A program made the position numbers and the translations under genes. DNA of 63,129 nt, the filler included, from Reclinomonas americana ATCC 50394 (Eukaryota), in NCBI GenBank assembly GCA_048213135.1. It is 13 parts of 13 records of this genome, joined end to end, with 100 filler letters (N's around TTAATTAATTAA, not from the genome) between each part and the next. Parts side by side here need not be neighbours in the genome. Positions count along the whole stretch, not along the records: positions 11,189 to 13,006 come from AFZH01018416.1; positions 13,107 to 14,903 come from AFZH01018417.1; positions 15,004 to 18,797 come from AFZH01018418.1; positions 18,898 to 20,132 come from AFZH01018419.1; positions 20,233 to 21,585 come from AFZH01018420.1; positions 21,686 to 24,186 come from AFZH01018421.1; positions 24,287 to 26,544 come from AFZH01018422.1; positions 26,645 to 35,671 come from AFZH01018423.1; 5 more parts are not named here. One strand, 5' to 3'. Position 1 is the first letter of the stretch, and every line of letters begins with the position of its first letter. This document shows positions 12,401 to 27,189 of this stretch, piece by piece. The notes beneath the pieces were generated by a model. The model was not told the DNA's origin and made no database searches. It saw only the letters and a list, made by a program, of their open reading frames with translations.

Positions 12401-14903
12401 TCCCGGCTGCGCAGACGGTTGGCCAGCTCCTGCAACAGTCGTGGCACCTGCGCGTCCCAGTGGCTGCGCGGCAGGACTCGAATGACGTGCACGATCGCCT
12501 TGGTGACGGGCACACGCACGCTCGAGGTCTTGTCGTCGGCGCCGACGTAGCGGTACATCATCGGGATGATGCGGACCTCAAATGTCGACACGATGCGATT
12601 GGCGAACTCCTGCCGATGCTGCAGCGTCGCTGCCTCACTGTCCACCGCCATGGTGTCCTCTTGCTCCTCCGCCTCATCTTCCTCAGCACCATCCTCTTCC
12701 TCCTCTCCACCTTCATCGTCACCACCCTCCCCATCCTCTTCCTCCTCCTCATCCTCCTCGTCATCATCATCATCGACGCCATCCACTTGCATGTCGCCTT
12801 TGGCCATGTCGCCGCCATCCTCATCTTCATCCTCGCCTTCCTTTCTGCCTCCACGACGACGCTGCCGTGCCGAGCTGCTTGGTGCAGTCAGACTCGATGC
12901 TGAGTCGCCGAGCGCCTCGCTGTCACTGATCTGGAACGAAGAGCGTGGAATGGCACTCAAATCTGTCACAAAACGAGTATTGAGTCTATGCGTCGGGAAG
13001 GAACAGNNNNNNNNNNNNNNNNNNNNNNNNNNNNNNNNNNNNNNNNNNNNTTAATTAATTAANNNNNNNNNNNNNNNNNNNNNNNNNNNNNNNNNNNNNN
13101 NNNNNNGCAGGACTTCTCTCTCGTACCGAGGGAGCAACTGACTCTCGCAAGCGAGACGCCAGCTGCGCCAGCGCCTTGGCCTGAATCGACACCTGCATGT
13201 GCACCAAGCGGTGATACAAGTCGGTGTCGGGGTCCTCCGAGGCCAGCATACGCGCGTCGGGATAGCGCTCTGGGAACGCCATGCAGAGGCGCCAAAAGAG
13301 GAGTGTGTGTTCCTGCACGGATGCACACACTACGTGTCAACTCGCTGCTGTACTCGAGACGCGCGACGACGGCGCGATGCAGCCACTCACCCGCCGAGAC
13401 AAATTGTTGAAGGCGCCGATACCCTCGCGCAGGCGCACCAGCACTGCCTGATCGAGAACCGTTGTCAGCATGTAGTCCTTGGACACTGCGTGACAATCGT
13501 AAGTTGCGTGCATCTTCACACAGACAATGACAAAGTGGCACTCAACAGTCACTCAAGCCCGGCATCTTCGACAGTCGTGCCACCGCATCAATCAGGGCTC
13601 CTGTGGTCATGGCCGCCGACGATCGCAACGTGTACTCAGACGAGCGCAGATCATGCATCAACATGGCCGTCAGGAGCGACAGCGACGCCACCAGGTCGCC
13701 AACAAAGCGCGGATCCTCCAGCATGCTGTGCAATGGCAAAAAAAAACACACACACACAAATAAGCAAGACAAGCGCATGGAACATACACGCAAAGACGCC
13801 CACGTGCCTGGAGGTGATGCCGAGGGGCTCGTTCTCCTCTGCTCTGTCTCTCTCATCGGCCTCCTCCACCTCCATGGCCTCGGCAGCCTTGTTCTTCTTG
13901 CTTCGACGTGCCTTCTTGTCGGTCAACACCGTGCGCCGTGGCTGCGCCGCAATAGGCGGTGGCGGCGCTGCAGCCGTGGTTGTGCTGGTCGCGGCTCCAG
14001 CGCTGTGCACACAAACACATGAATGAGGCTCAACTGCCTGTCGCATGCGGAACGCGAGAGCTACAGTCGCACGCAACAGTGCCGACAGAAGCTTCTGGAG
14101 ATACTGGTACAAGTTACCGCGTTGTTGAAAGTCTTCACTGCCCACCACTCGACTGTCGACCGCGTTCAACGAGCACATGAGTGCACTGGCGTACGGCAAG
14201 CGCAGCCATTGTCGACTCGGATCCGACTTGTTGTCGAGTGTGGCTGCGGCGGAGGGCGTGCCACCGCACAGGCGACACATGACTTCACAGAGTCGCAGCC
14301 GCGTATCCAGACCCAATTCCAGGTCCGTCACCAGGCGCGTGAGGAAGCGGAAGTGCCTCCACAACAGAGCCGATGTCTTCGAGAGACCGGCTACACCGCC
14401 CAGTTCTGGGTGAGGTGCCTCAATGTGTGGAATGTAGTGCATCAGCGATTCGACAGTCTGCAGGATCTCGGAGATGCCAGCTGCGTGTGTGTATGAGAAA
14501 GTAAGCATAACCAACCGATCAGCACTGCTGCACACAAAACAAATGCATCGAGACATCACCATCTTGAAGGTAGCGATGGCGCGCGGTAAAAGGAAGCAAC
14601 ACTTGCACAAGCTGCGTCGCTGCCTCCCGGTCTTGAATGTAGGGGCCCAGTTGGCGACACACAGTGAGAAGTCGGCGATCCAGCTTGCTCAATTTTCGCC
14701 TGCGTGTGTGCCCACGCACGAACGAGTAAGCAACCCAACACACACCATCAGCACTGCTTCCCAATCAGCGACGCACCCGTGCAAGAGTCGACGCTCGATC
14801 TTTGCCGACGATAGATACTCGTAGATGTGGGCGAATAAGGCGCCACGAAGCTCGGCCGACTGTAGGAAGAACACGTCGACACTGCGTCCGTCGGTGCCCT
14901 CAC
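9460..14903 (-). CDS. UTP20: UTP20 (DRIM, SSU processome HEAT-repeat protein), C-terminal part spanning two gaps; N-terminal part lost in the gap at 14904-15003
   Basis: DPDTDLYHRLVHMQVSIQAKAL, LGAEFLQYTVMVLNKTLEHGYQIHVRGHALYAVL, C-terminal VGHGAFMTAYEDAR..RRKRR..DPQLLAERKIQK; fragments collinear across gaps 11089-11188 and 13007-13106. Confidence 0.88.
11089..11188. other. Artificial assembly gap linker N44-TTAATTAATTAA-N44 (first of 12)
   Basis: Identical 100-bp spacer with stops in all six frames, also at 13007, 14904, 18798, 20133, 21586, 24187, 26545, 35672, 48225, 53303, 57409. Confidence 0.98.
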
Positions 14904-15003
14904 NNNNNNNNNNNNNNNNNNNNNNNNNNNNNNNNNNNNNNNNNNNNTTAATTAATTAANNNNNNNNNNNNNNNNNNNNNNNNNNNNNNNNNNNNNNNNN
15001 NNN

Positions 15004-15845
15004 TCTGACTGGTGGCCGAGGGCGACGATCGATGTTGTACCGCCACAGTCGGCGACCGCACTGGCGACGAATGCACTTGCGGCTTCACGTCAATCACCAA
15101 CGGCGTGCTGCCACTGACCACCGCGGAAACAGTGGACGGCGGCGTCGGAGGCGTCGCCGCACGTGGAGGCCGTTGCACGGGCGTGAGCGGCGACATATCA
15201 GAGAAATCAGTCAGACCGCCCTCCGACAAGATGCCCTCTGCCGTATCCACGCCCGACGACGCCGGCCGCACATGCACCACACGTCGTCCATTACTCCTCG
15301 CAGCCGCACCACCACCGCCATCACTGCCGTCGTGCAGCACCAACAACGACTCGGACAAACCGCGCGCCTTGTGCACCTTTGTGAGCGCCAGCTCCCGTTG
15401 CCGCGGCGTCAGCACTCTTCCCGCTCCCGGCACACTCCCATTCGCTCCGTCGGTCGTCACCACCGTAGTCGTGCCCACACTCACCAGCTCCTCATCATCA
15501 TCAGCGTCATCAGCGTCGACATGCTCCGTCTTCGCCGACGAGGAGACGACACTCACAGTCAGCGCCGCACCTCGTCGCTGCGACAGTGGTGGCGACTGTG
15601 CGAAGGGTGGCGACGCTGGTGGCGGAGGAGCGCGAGCAAAGGGCGGCGATGAGGAGGCAGGGTTCGATGGTGGTGGTGATAACGAGGCAGCGGGCGGAGG
15701 AGGCGAAGGAGAGAAGCGGTGACCGAGGGCTTGAAAGAGAGAGAGCGTTGCTGGACGCTGGTGGCGGAGGTGATGCTGCTGGTGCTACAGGTGGTTGTGG
15801 TGGAGGAGGTGGAGGTGGCTGAGTCGAAGCATGCGCTGCGCCCAT
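15004..15845 (-). CDS. 5' fragment of an unknown Pro/Ser-rich protein running into a gap
   Basis: Long coding-like low-complexity frame 15004-~15780; candidate ATG at 15845 is in another frame (frameshift or unresolved intron). Confidence 0.4.
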
Positions 15846-15912
15846 TGTCGTCTACTAATATCGAGATCGCGGTTCTCGCTGTGTCCCACGGGCCCACTCA
15901 CTCACTCACTCA

Positions 15913-17606
15913 ATGGCGTCGTCGGTGAGCCGACGTGCGGCGGTGCTGGTCGAGGCCGTGACGTACTACCGCGCAGGTGAGGCCTCGTCTCCCACTCTTT
16001 CTCTAATCATTCGCCCACTCATTGGCACCACCTGCAGGCGCACTGGCTCGTGCACTGGAGACTCTCAATCATGCGCTGACACCGGCAGTGGTGGGCACCG
16101 ATCGACGCGCTGTGGAGATGCTGTTGCATGAGCGGGTGGCGGCGTCGCTCTTTCGTGCACGAGTTGCGTGTGCATTCTTGAGTTTCAATGTGTGTGACTC
16201 AGTGGTTAACGATGGTGTGCGCGCAGATTCTGACGGAGCTGGGAAGCACCGAGGAGCTCAAGGCCGAGGCATTCAAGGGCGTGGGCGATTGCCTGGCGCT
16301 TGTTGCGTTCCACTTGCGAAGTTTTGGCGATCCGCAGGAGCCGAGTGAGTGAGTGACTGCTTGTGTGTGAGCAGCTGGACTCGTACAGCGATCCGGATGC
16401 GGCCAAGCAGCGAGACGATGACGATCTGTATGCCATGGCCATGGTGGCGTTGGCGGAGATGTTGAGTGCCTTCAGTGCATGTGGAAAGGGGAGAAAGAGA
16501 GAGCTGAACTGTGCTCTGTGCAGCTCGTTTCTCATGGGCGATGTGACGACGGCCGAGACCTTGTACCAGAGCGTCGTCATGTACGAGGAGCGTCGTTGCG
16601 TGACTACGCTACTGTTGCTCTTGGCCGCACGAGTGTGCTCACACAAAGGACAGGCCACGGCACGCGGCACAACGCCTACGGTGACGCGCTGTCGCTGGTG
16701 GGCTCCTTTTACGGCCTGGTGGGCCAGCATGGACTTGCGGTGGAGTGCTGGAAAGCGACGGCGGGTGTGCGTGCGGAGACACTGGGACCGCATTCACTCG
16801 AGCATGGTGAAGCGGCGTTCAATGCCGGCTTGCTCAGTCGCCTGTCGGACTCCGATCTGCAGGCGGCGTGTCGGCCTCTCCGCGCTGCACTGGTGTGCAT
16901 GAAACGGGTGCGTGCGAATGTGATGGCGGATCTCTGGTGCGCTGCTGTTTCGTCTCACTTTTCCACCAGCACACGGGAACTGCGTCGCCTGAGGTCGCTT
17001 GCGTGCTGTACACTCTGGGAGTGGCACTGTTGATGACGCGCGACGTGGCCGAGGCACGCGACTGTCTCACGCAGTGCCTCTCCATTCGCCTTGCGTTGCC
17101 ACACATGGGACCACACGATCTGGCCACCAGCGACGTGTTCCACGCCCTCTCCGTGCTGTTTCGTTTGTGGGTGGAAAGGGGGCGGTGGTGTGAATCGGTA
17201 TTCACTCTGCCGTGGTGTGCGCAGACATCGAGTAGACGGCAAACTCGAGGAGGCTCTGGACTACGGTGTTCGTGCGTACGCGGCGCGGAGAAAACACTTG
17301 CCCGAGAACGACGCTTTCGTGGTCGACACGCTGTACAACCTCGGCAAGGTGAAGCACGCGTTGCAGGATATCCCCGCTGCATTGGCGCTCTACGCAAAGG
17401 CTAGTGACGGGTTGATCCTGGCCCTCGGTGTCGAGCACCCCAAGACTGTGCGTTGAGCAATCAATCCCCTGCACTCTTCAGTCGCCCTCACGTATGTGCA
17501 TCAGGTGGAGTGCTTTGGCTGCCTACAAGAACTGCAGCAGGAGATCAACGAGGCGGCAGAATCGAGCAGTCTCACCGGTACGGCCACCGACGATCAGAGC
17601 GTATGA
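15913..17606 (+). CDS. TPR-repeat protein (kinesin-light-chain-type 42-aa TPRs), multi-exon
   Basis: Repeats ETLGPHSLEHGEAAFNAG, GTASPEVACVLYTLG, LPENDAFVVDTLYNLGKV, LGVEHPKT; ends ...DDQSV* at 17606. Confidence 0.75.
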
Positions 17607-17715
17607 TTCGAAGGAAGTCGATTGTTTTAGCTATGTACATTTGTTTTCGGTTGTTACTCTCACGTGAGTGGGACTCCAGTGAGGGGGTCGCTGGGTGGCG
17701 ATGGTATGCACGAGC

Positions 17716-18579
17716 TCACTCGGCGACAGCAGCCTGGAGAGCTTCCTCGTCTAGTGTCACATGCACCTGTGCGTGCGGAAAGAGACGTCGTTCTCAGGGG
17801 TTGTGTCTGCGATTGGTGCACGGGGATGATAGACAGTACCTCATTGCGTCGTGTCCACGGCAGCACGTACGGTGCATTGTAATAGCACGTCGTCCAGTGA
17901 TCAGTGGCCACCACTTGATCTTCCTCCAACTGCACGACAATCAGCACCGCTCAAGGAAACGACGAGAATGGCGCAGCGTACCTGCTCGCGCAGCTTGGTC
18001 ATCTTGTCGAGCGCCGTTGACCGCCGACCCAATCCACTGTACGTATGCACGGCCACCACACGAGCCGGCATCACAGACAACACCACTCGCTTGTCGGTCG
18101 GCACCGGCGCCGCCTCCACCGACTCAATCGCCGACGGCAGCAAGAACGACATGGTCACTGTTCTCTCTCCGTCGCCCTCGGCCTCGTCCATGACCACCGG
18201 CGCCGTCATCGCAATGGCTTGAGGACGCTGCTGCACACCTGCGGCCTCATCCATCACCACCGGCGCCGTCATTGCCACCGGCTGCGCTCCCGAGTTCTCC
18301 GCCGTGCCAAACACACCTGTGCATCGCCAGTCGTTGGTCCGTCTGAGCTTCTGTTGCCACTCTCTTTCTCTCTCTCGCTCTCCACGTACCAATGTAGCGC
18401 GCCAGAATGCGGAAGGCGCTGCTCTCCGAGTTGACGGGCAGTGTCACCGAGGCCGACACGGAGGGGCCGTAGCGACGGATCTCGTAAGGCAGCTCGACAC
18501 CGGGCTCGCCCGACGCACGTGCACGCAGCAGCGTGTAGCGTGGTGTTTCCTCACTGATGCGCCCGAAAACAGATCCCAT
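17716..18579 (-). CDS. SOUL heme-binding protein
   Basis: MGSVFGRISEETPRY, YEIRRY, AFRILARYIGVFG, IAMTAPV (twice), MSFLLP, YNAPYVLPWTRRNEV. Confidence 0.92.
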
Positions 18580-18897
18580 TGCTCTTCTTCCTCTCTCGCA
18601 CACACACAAGAATAAAAACGTAAGTGCGAAACTGCGGTGCTTGTGGACAACCTTGTCCAAACATCGCCGCAGTCAACTTTGGCTTCGTACACCGCTCCGA
18701 ATTCGAGCTTTGATAGGGGCGGCATGAAGCACTGCACTACCAGGCACCGTGTGCCTGTGTGATGCAGGCGCGTGGACTGGACTGAGGACTTGGACACNNN
18801 NNNNNNNNNNNNNNNNNNNNNNNNNNNNNNNNNNNNNNNNNTTAATTAATTAANNNNNNNNNNNNNNNNNNNNNNNNNNNNNNNNNNNNNNNNNNNN

Positions 18898-21571
<2,674 letters not shown>

Positions 21572-21708
21572 AAGCGTGTCTGTCCNNNNNNNNNNNNNNN
21601 NNNNNNNNNNNNNNNNNNNNNNNNNNNNNTTAATTAATTAANNNNNNNNNNNNNNNNNNNNNNNNNNNNNNNNNNNNNNNNNNNNCGGTTACGTCGTACG
21701 TACTACTA

Positions 21709-21784
<76 letters not shown>

Positions 21785-21901
21785 ACACACACACGCACAC
21801 ACATTGTTTCTTTTGTCACATCCGTCTCTCCCCTTCCCTCGTTGCCCATCCTTGCTTCCCCTTCCTTCCTCCTCTACTGTGCTAATGCGCACCCCGCGTA
21901 G

Positions 21902-22428
21902 GTCAAGACCTGGGTGAAGGAGCTGCGGAAAGTGGTGGGCCAGGATATTCAACTGTGCATCGCCGGCAACAAGTACGATCTGGTAAAGCAGAGTCAAGTG
22001 TCACGGGAAGACGCAGAAGGGTGCGTGCGCGCGCGTATGTGTGTGTACGTGGCGCATGGATTCACCATTGATGCTGCCCCGCAGGTACGCTCAATCAGTG
22101 GGAGCGGCACACTTCTACACGTCGGCCAAGATGGGTACGGGTGTGGCGGAAGCATTTGGAGATCTGGCCAAGAGTTTCGTGTGCCTCCTCCCCACCTCCT
22201 GCTTCTTCTTGTTCCAACTCCGCATCTGCAGGGATTCTGGCACGTGCTGGTGATGCGGCTCGGCGCGGTGGACAGCCCGCTCGCGCCGGTGCTGCTGGAC
22301 CATCAGGGTCCGGCGAGGGTGCGGCCAATAGGACATCAACGCGCGGACGGAGCACGTTGATCATATCGGATGACGACGGGCGCGGTAGTGGAAGTGACGC
22401 AGGAAAGAAGAAGGGCGGGTGTTGTTAG
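21902..22428 (+). CDS. RAB21: Rab21 small GTPase, 3' part (5' end in gap)
   Basis: VKTWVKELRKVVGQDIQLCIAGNKYDL, YAQSVGAAHFYTSAK, C-terminal GGCC geranylgeranylation motif. Confidence 0.85.
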
Positions 22429-22625
22429 TATGTGCGCGTTTGCGTCCACGTGAGAAAGAATTGTGGCTGCAACGTAAGATGTGCTGAGAGAGAAAACTGA
22501 AACTGAGAACCAAGAGGAGCCATGTGTTTGCAGATGTGTGTGTGTGCTGGCGGGCGGGCGGTAGTGAGTGCGATCCATGTGTGTACTGCTGATTGATTTT
22601 GTGTGCATTATTGGGGGTTATCAAC

Positions 22626-25600
22626 TCATCGATTCTTGCGTGTCATGTTCGCCTTTTTCCTCGCACCGGCCGCGGCGCCTTTCCTTGCACTCGCGGCCAG
22701 CGTCTCGAAGCGCTTCACAGCCTTGGTGCGATTGCGCTTGTTGAGGAACTTGGCGTTGAGTGGGATGTAGGCGTACGGGTCGGGCTTGCCCTCGATCTTG
22801 ATATCGCCGCGGGCACCCTTCTTCTTGGGCCGGTACTCCTCTCCCGTGTGCACCACGTCCTCGATGCCGAGACGTGCTCTCCTCTTGGCCTCCTTCTCCG
22901 CCGGTGTCAGTTCCTTCTTGCGGCGCTTTGGAGCACTGCAGACCACGCAAGTGAGCACGCACACGTCACAACACACTGCATCACCGGCAATCACTTCCGC
23001 ACCTCTCAGTGTCGTCACCACCAGCACCGACACCATCTTCGCCCATCAGCTCCCGCTCCACCTCGTCAACAGCGTCCCTAGCGCGCTTGCGGCGTGCATC
23101 TGACGACGCTCGCCGACCCGACTTGGCGCCCGCATCATCATCGTCGTCGTCGCCACCGTCTTCGTCATCCGTGTCGTCCGTGTCCATCTTCACTTGCAGC
23201 CGGCCAGTCTTCGACACTGTCAGCTTGTACTTGTCGTCGGGACCGCTGTCGTCGCTCATGTCCTCATCCTCTGCACTCTCAAGTGAGCACACGCGACACA
23301 TCATGCCACACAGGAAATAACGACAGCACACCTTCGCCGCCCAGCACACGCGGATCGAGCAGGTCGACAGGATCGCCGAGTTCGTTGGACGACAGCGACG
23401 AGACCAGTGCCGACGATTTGCCATTGTCGGCGGCGTGCTTGTCGTGCTTCTTGCGACCCTTGGTGATGGGGCCACTCTCGGCACCCGGACCTGTGAAGGC
23501 CTTCTCGAAGCCAGCATGTGCATTGCCGTCCTCTCCGGCCCCGGCTGCGGAGTTGGCAGCATGTGCCGCTGCCGCTTGCCGCGCGCGTCGGTCGTTCTGC
23601 TTCCGCAAGTTCCGGATCAGGCGCTTGGCCTCCTCCGGGAAGTGCGGCTCCACATACTCGTAGCCGAACTTGCGAATGAACTTTTCAAACAGGTTGCGAA
23701 TGTCGACGCGGATGGCACCGGGGCACGAGCCACCCTCACTCCACTCGAGGAGACTCGTCACCATGAGCTTGATATGCGGTCGCATCAAGTCGAGACTGAC
23801 CACCTTCAGTGCCACCTTGATGAAGCCGAGCACCGATTTCAGCACCTCGCGCGAAGAGTGCGACAGCAGGCCGAGAATCGGCTGCAGCAGCAACGCAGGC
23901 ACCGTGCCCAGAGCATCTGCGAGCGCGCACAAGCAATTCAGCATCTAATGACGCTGAATAGGAAACAGACTGCACGGACGCACGTCTAAACTCAAACATG
24001 AGGCGCGCAATGGCCAGCACCGCGGCCGACAGCGCATGCGGTGTCTCGGCTGCCAGCGTGGCCGCCACAAACACAAACAGTTCACGAATTGCATCTGCCG
24101 ACATGCCAAACACATGGTCAGTCCACGCAACAACTCTACTTCCCTCATCCGCGAAAACTTACCAACATCCGGCTCGCCCGTCTCGTNNNNNNNNNNNNNN
24201 NNNNNNNNNNNNNNNNNNNNNNNNNNNNNNTTAATTAATTAANNNNNNNNNNNNNNNNNNNNNNNNNNNNNNNNNNNNNNNNNNNNGGATGCACAGGGTG
24301 GGAAGCAACGACCAGATGCGCACCACCAGGTTGTGCAGGTTCTTGGCGGCCACCACACGCCCGCGTCCTGCCGAAGCCGCCGACGCCTTGTCCAACTCCT
24401 CCGACTGCGGCAACAACTCGTCGCGGAAGAACTGCAACTGTGGAGGTGCCTGTTCCGCCGCCATGCGAATCACATCCAAGAGCCAGTCGCGCGATGCGCT
24501 GCAACCACACACCACCCATGTGAGACTCAGATCTGGAATGCTGCTGCAGAGTGATACTGGCGAATGGCAGCAGACACACCTCCCCGACTCCAGCAGACTG
24601 ATGGGCAGTACGCGCACAAGGCGACCGGATCCCAGGCTGACTGCAGCACTGACAAAAGCCGCTTCGAGTTGCGAGCGGAAGCGGAATCCCGAAATGTTCC
24701 ACATGCTGTCCATCACACCCAGCAACGGTGGCGCAAACACCTCGGCGTTGGAGGTCAGCGACTGGAAAAACGTGCGAGCCACATCGAGAATCGATCCGAG
24801 ATTGAACGCGTACTGCTGACTGGTGAGCAGATTGTTCAGCGAGTCAGCGATCTCCAGCACCGCGTTGTCGCCGTTTTCGACGCACTCGGGGTCGAGGCAT
24901 GTCGAAATCATGCGCTGCGTGGACGAAGCGAATGCGTCAATCAGGGAGGGGGAGGGGGAGGGGGAGAGAAAGAAAAGAGTACGTGAGGTACCTGAAGCGA
25001 TTCGGTCACGGCCGACACTGTGGCCGGGTGGCTGCACACAAACTTGGTGGCCACCAGTGCAACGACGCCGCCGACTCGTTCCAGCGAGGCAGCGCGATCC
25101 AGCGAGTGGTACAGCGAGTACGCCAGACCGATGAGTTTCACAAAGCGCATGGTGAGATCCTCGTCCTGCACACGCGGCTCCAGCTTCGGCAGCGCCTGAA
25201 TAAGCTGGCTCGTGGCCTCGGGCTCCATCGGTACCATGGTCGGCGTGCCAGGTTCAGAACCGGCGGGCGGCGAGAAGAGTGCGCACAACACGTCGAGCGT
25301 GTGACTCGTAAGGTGTGCATTGGCCAGGGCCGGGAACTTGACCAACTCCTGACACAGATGCAGACAAGCCTGCAGTCGCCACGTGTGAGTATCATCGGTG
25401 GGGTGGAGGGAGGGAGGAAGGTGAGATGACGGCACCTTGTGATGCATAAAGGGGAGGGTCGATTCCAGCGTGGCCATCATGTGCATGGCTCGTGTGGCCT
25501 CGGCGCTGGTGGTGTCACGGAACACCGAAATGGCCAGCTGCGCCACCGCCCGCGCAATCTTGCGCCGGATCGAGTCCTTTTGCACACCGGAAACCGGATT

Positions 25601-26210
25601 CATCATCTCGCCCAGCGCCTGCTGCGCCTCATGTCGCACCTTCGGCCGTGCATCCACCGTAAACTGCAGCAACTGCCCAAACAGGTCCTTGGTCGCCGCC
25701 TCCTTCCACACCACCTTTGGCTGCGCCGACAGCACGCGGAAGAGCGCCGTCAGTGCCGCACGCACCGCCGCCGGCGATTCGGCATTGTGTCGCCGAACAG
25801 CGCCACTCAGCGCATCAATTGTTGGCGAGAAGCGCGACACCAGTGTGGCCCGCGGAGTGTGCGGCACCAGCATGCCCAGCACCGTCAGTGCGGCTGCCGA
25901 GGTCTCCGCCTGCGTCGCATGCTGCACGGCAGTGACCAGTGCACCAAAGTAGGCCGATGCCGTCGGCGGTGTGCCCGACTGCTCAATGACCTCGGTGGTG
26001 GCTGTTTGACGGCGGCGGCGACACGCGAATGTGAAGAAGAGGGCGGTCGGTGTGAGTGTGTGGTGAGTGATGATGTGAATGTGCACGAGAGCGAGACTGA
26101 CCCGCCACAATCGCCTGCACTTGCTGGCTGGTGCGATGCCGTGTTACAATGTCCTCCAGAACCGCCTCCAGTGTCACTGGTGACACCTCCTCCTCGAACG
26201 CCTCCTCCAT
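22626..26210 (-). CDS. RRP12: RRP12 (NUC173 domain, pre-40S maturation/export), multi-exon, spans one gap
   Basis: PTASAYFGAL, VDARPKVRHEAQ, LGSGRLVRVLPI, RDWLL, IWSLLP, SREVLKSVLGFIKV, FIRKFG, GEEYRPKKKGARGDIKIEGKPDPYAYIPL. Confidence 0.92.
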
Positions 26211-26285
26211 TCGCAGCAGACAAGGCAAGTAAAGGGTGGATCGATGTTGGTTGATCGATGATCGGATCATTTACCAGCTTTTACC

Positions 26286-26465
26286 ATGGTGAAGAAGCGG
26301 CCGGCGAAGGACTTTGAGGTTGCGTCTCGGCTCTCTCTCTATGTGTGTGTGTGTGTGACGCTCACCACTGTCAATCACAGAAACCCAAGACCAAGATCGG
26401 CAAAAAGGTGATCACTGAAGATGAGCGCATTCTGCAGTCGTTGCGCATCAAGAGTTGCGTTTTGT

Positions 26466-26544
<79 letters not shown>

Positions 26545-27152
26545 NNNNNNNNNNNNNNNNNNNNNNNNNNNNNNNNNNNNNNNNNNNNTTAATTAATTAA
26601 NNNNNNNNNNNNNNNNNNNNNNNNNNNNNNNNNNNNNNNNNNNNGGGGGGACACGAGGGAAGAAGAGGGAAGAAGAGGGAAAGGAGAAGGAGAAAGGAAA
26701 CTTGGGGAGGGGAAAAGGGGAAGGGAAGGGAGGCAAGAGGAGACGAGGGGACGAGAAGAGGGAGAAGGGAAGGGAGGCCGAAAGGAGAAGGGGGGGTCAT
26801 GAGGGGAAGAGAGGACAAGACAGGGAAGGGACGAGGGGAGGAGAGGACGAGAAGAGGGAGAAGGGAGGAGCGAGGAGAAGGGAAGGGATGCCAGGGGAGA
26901 CGAGAGAAAGGTGAAGGAGGAAGGACTATGTGGGAGGTTGAAAGGAAGACGAGGAAAGGAAGAGAAGAGAAGCGAGAAATGGAGGCGGGGGGGAAGAGAC
27001 CATGAGAACGGGAAGAGAAACGCGAGAAGACAAGGATACGAGAATGGAGACAGAGAAGGAGAGAGACACACACTCTCGGGCAACTGCACAGAGCACACCA
27101 GAGGTGGTGCTTGGCCTCCATTCTGCACACGCGCATCGAGTCAGTCTCCGCG

Positions 27153-27189
<37 letters not shown>

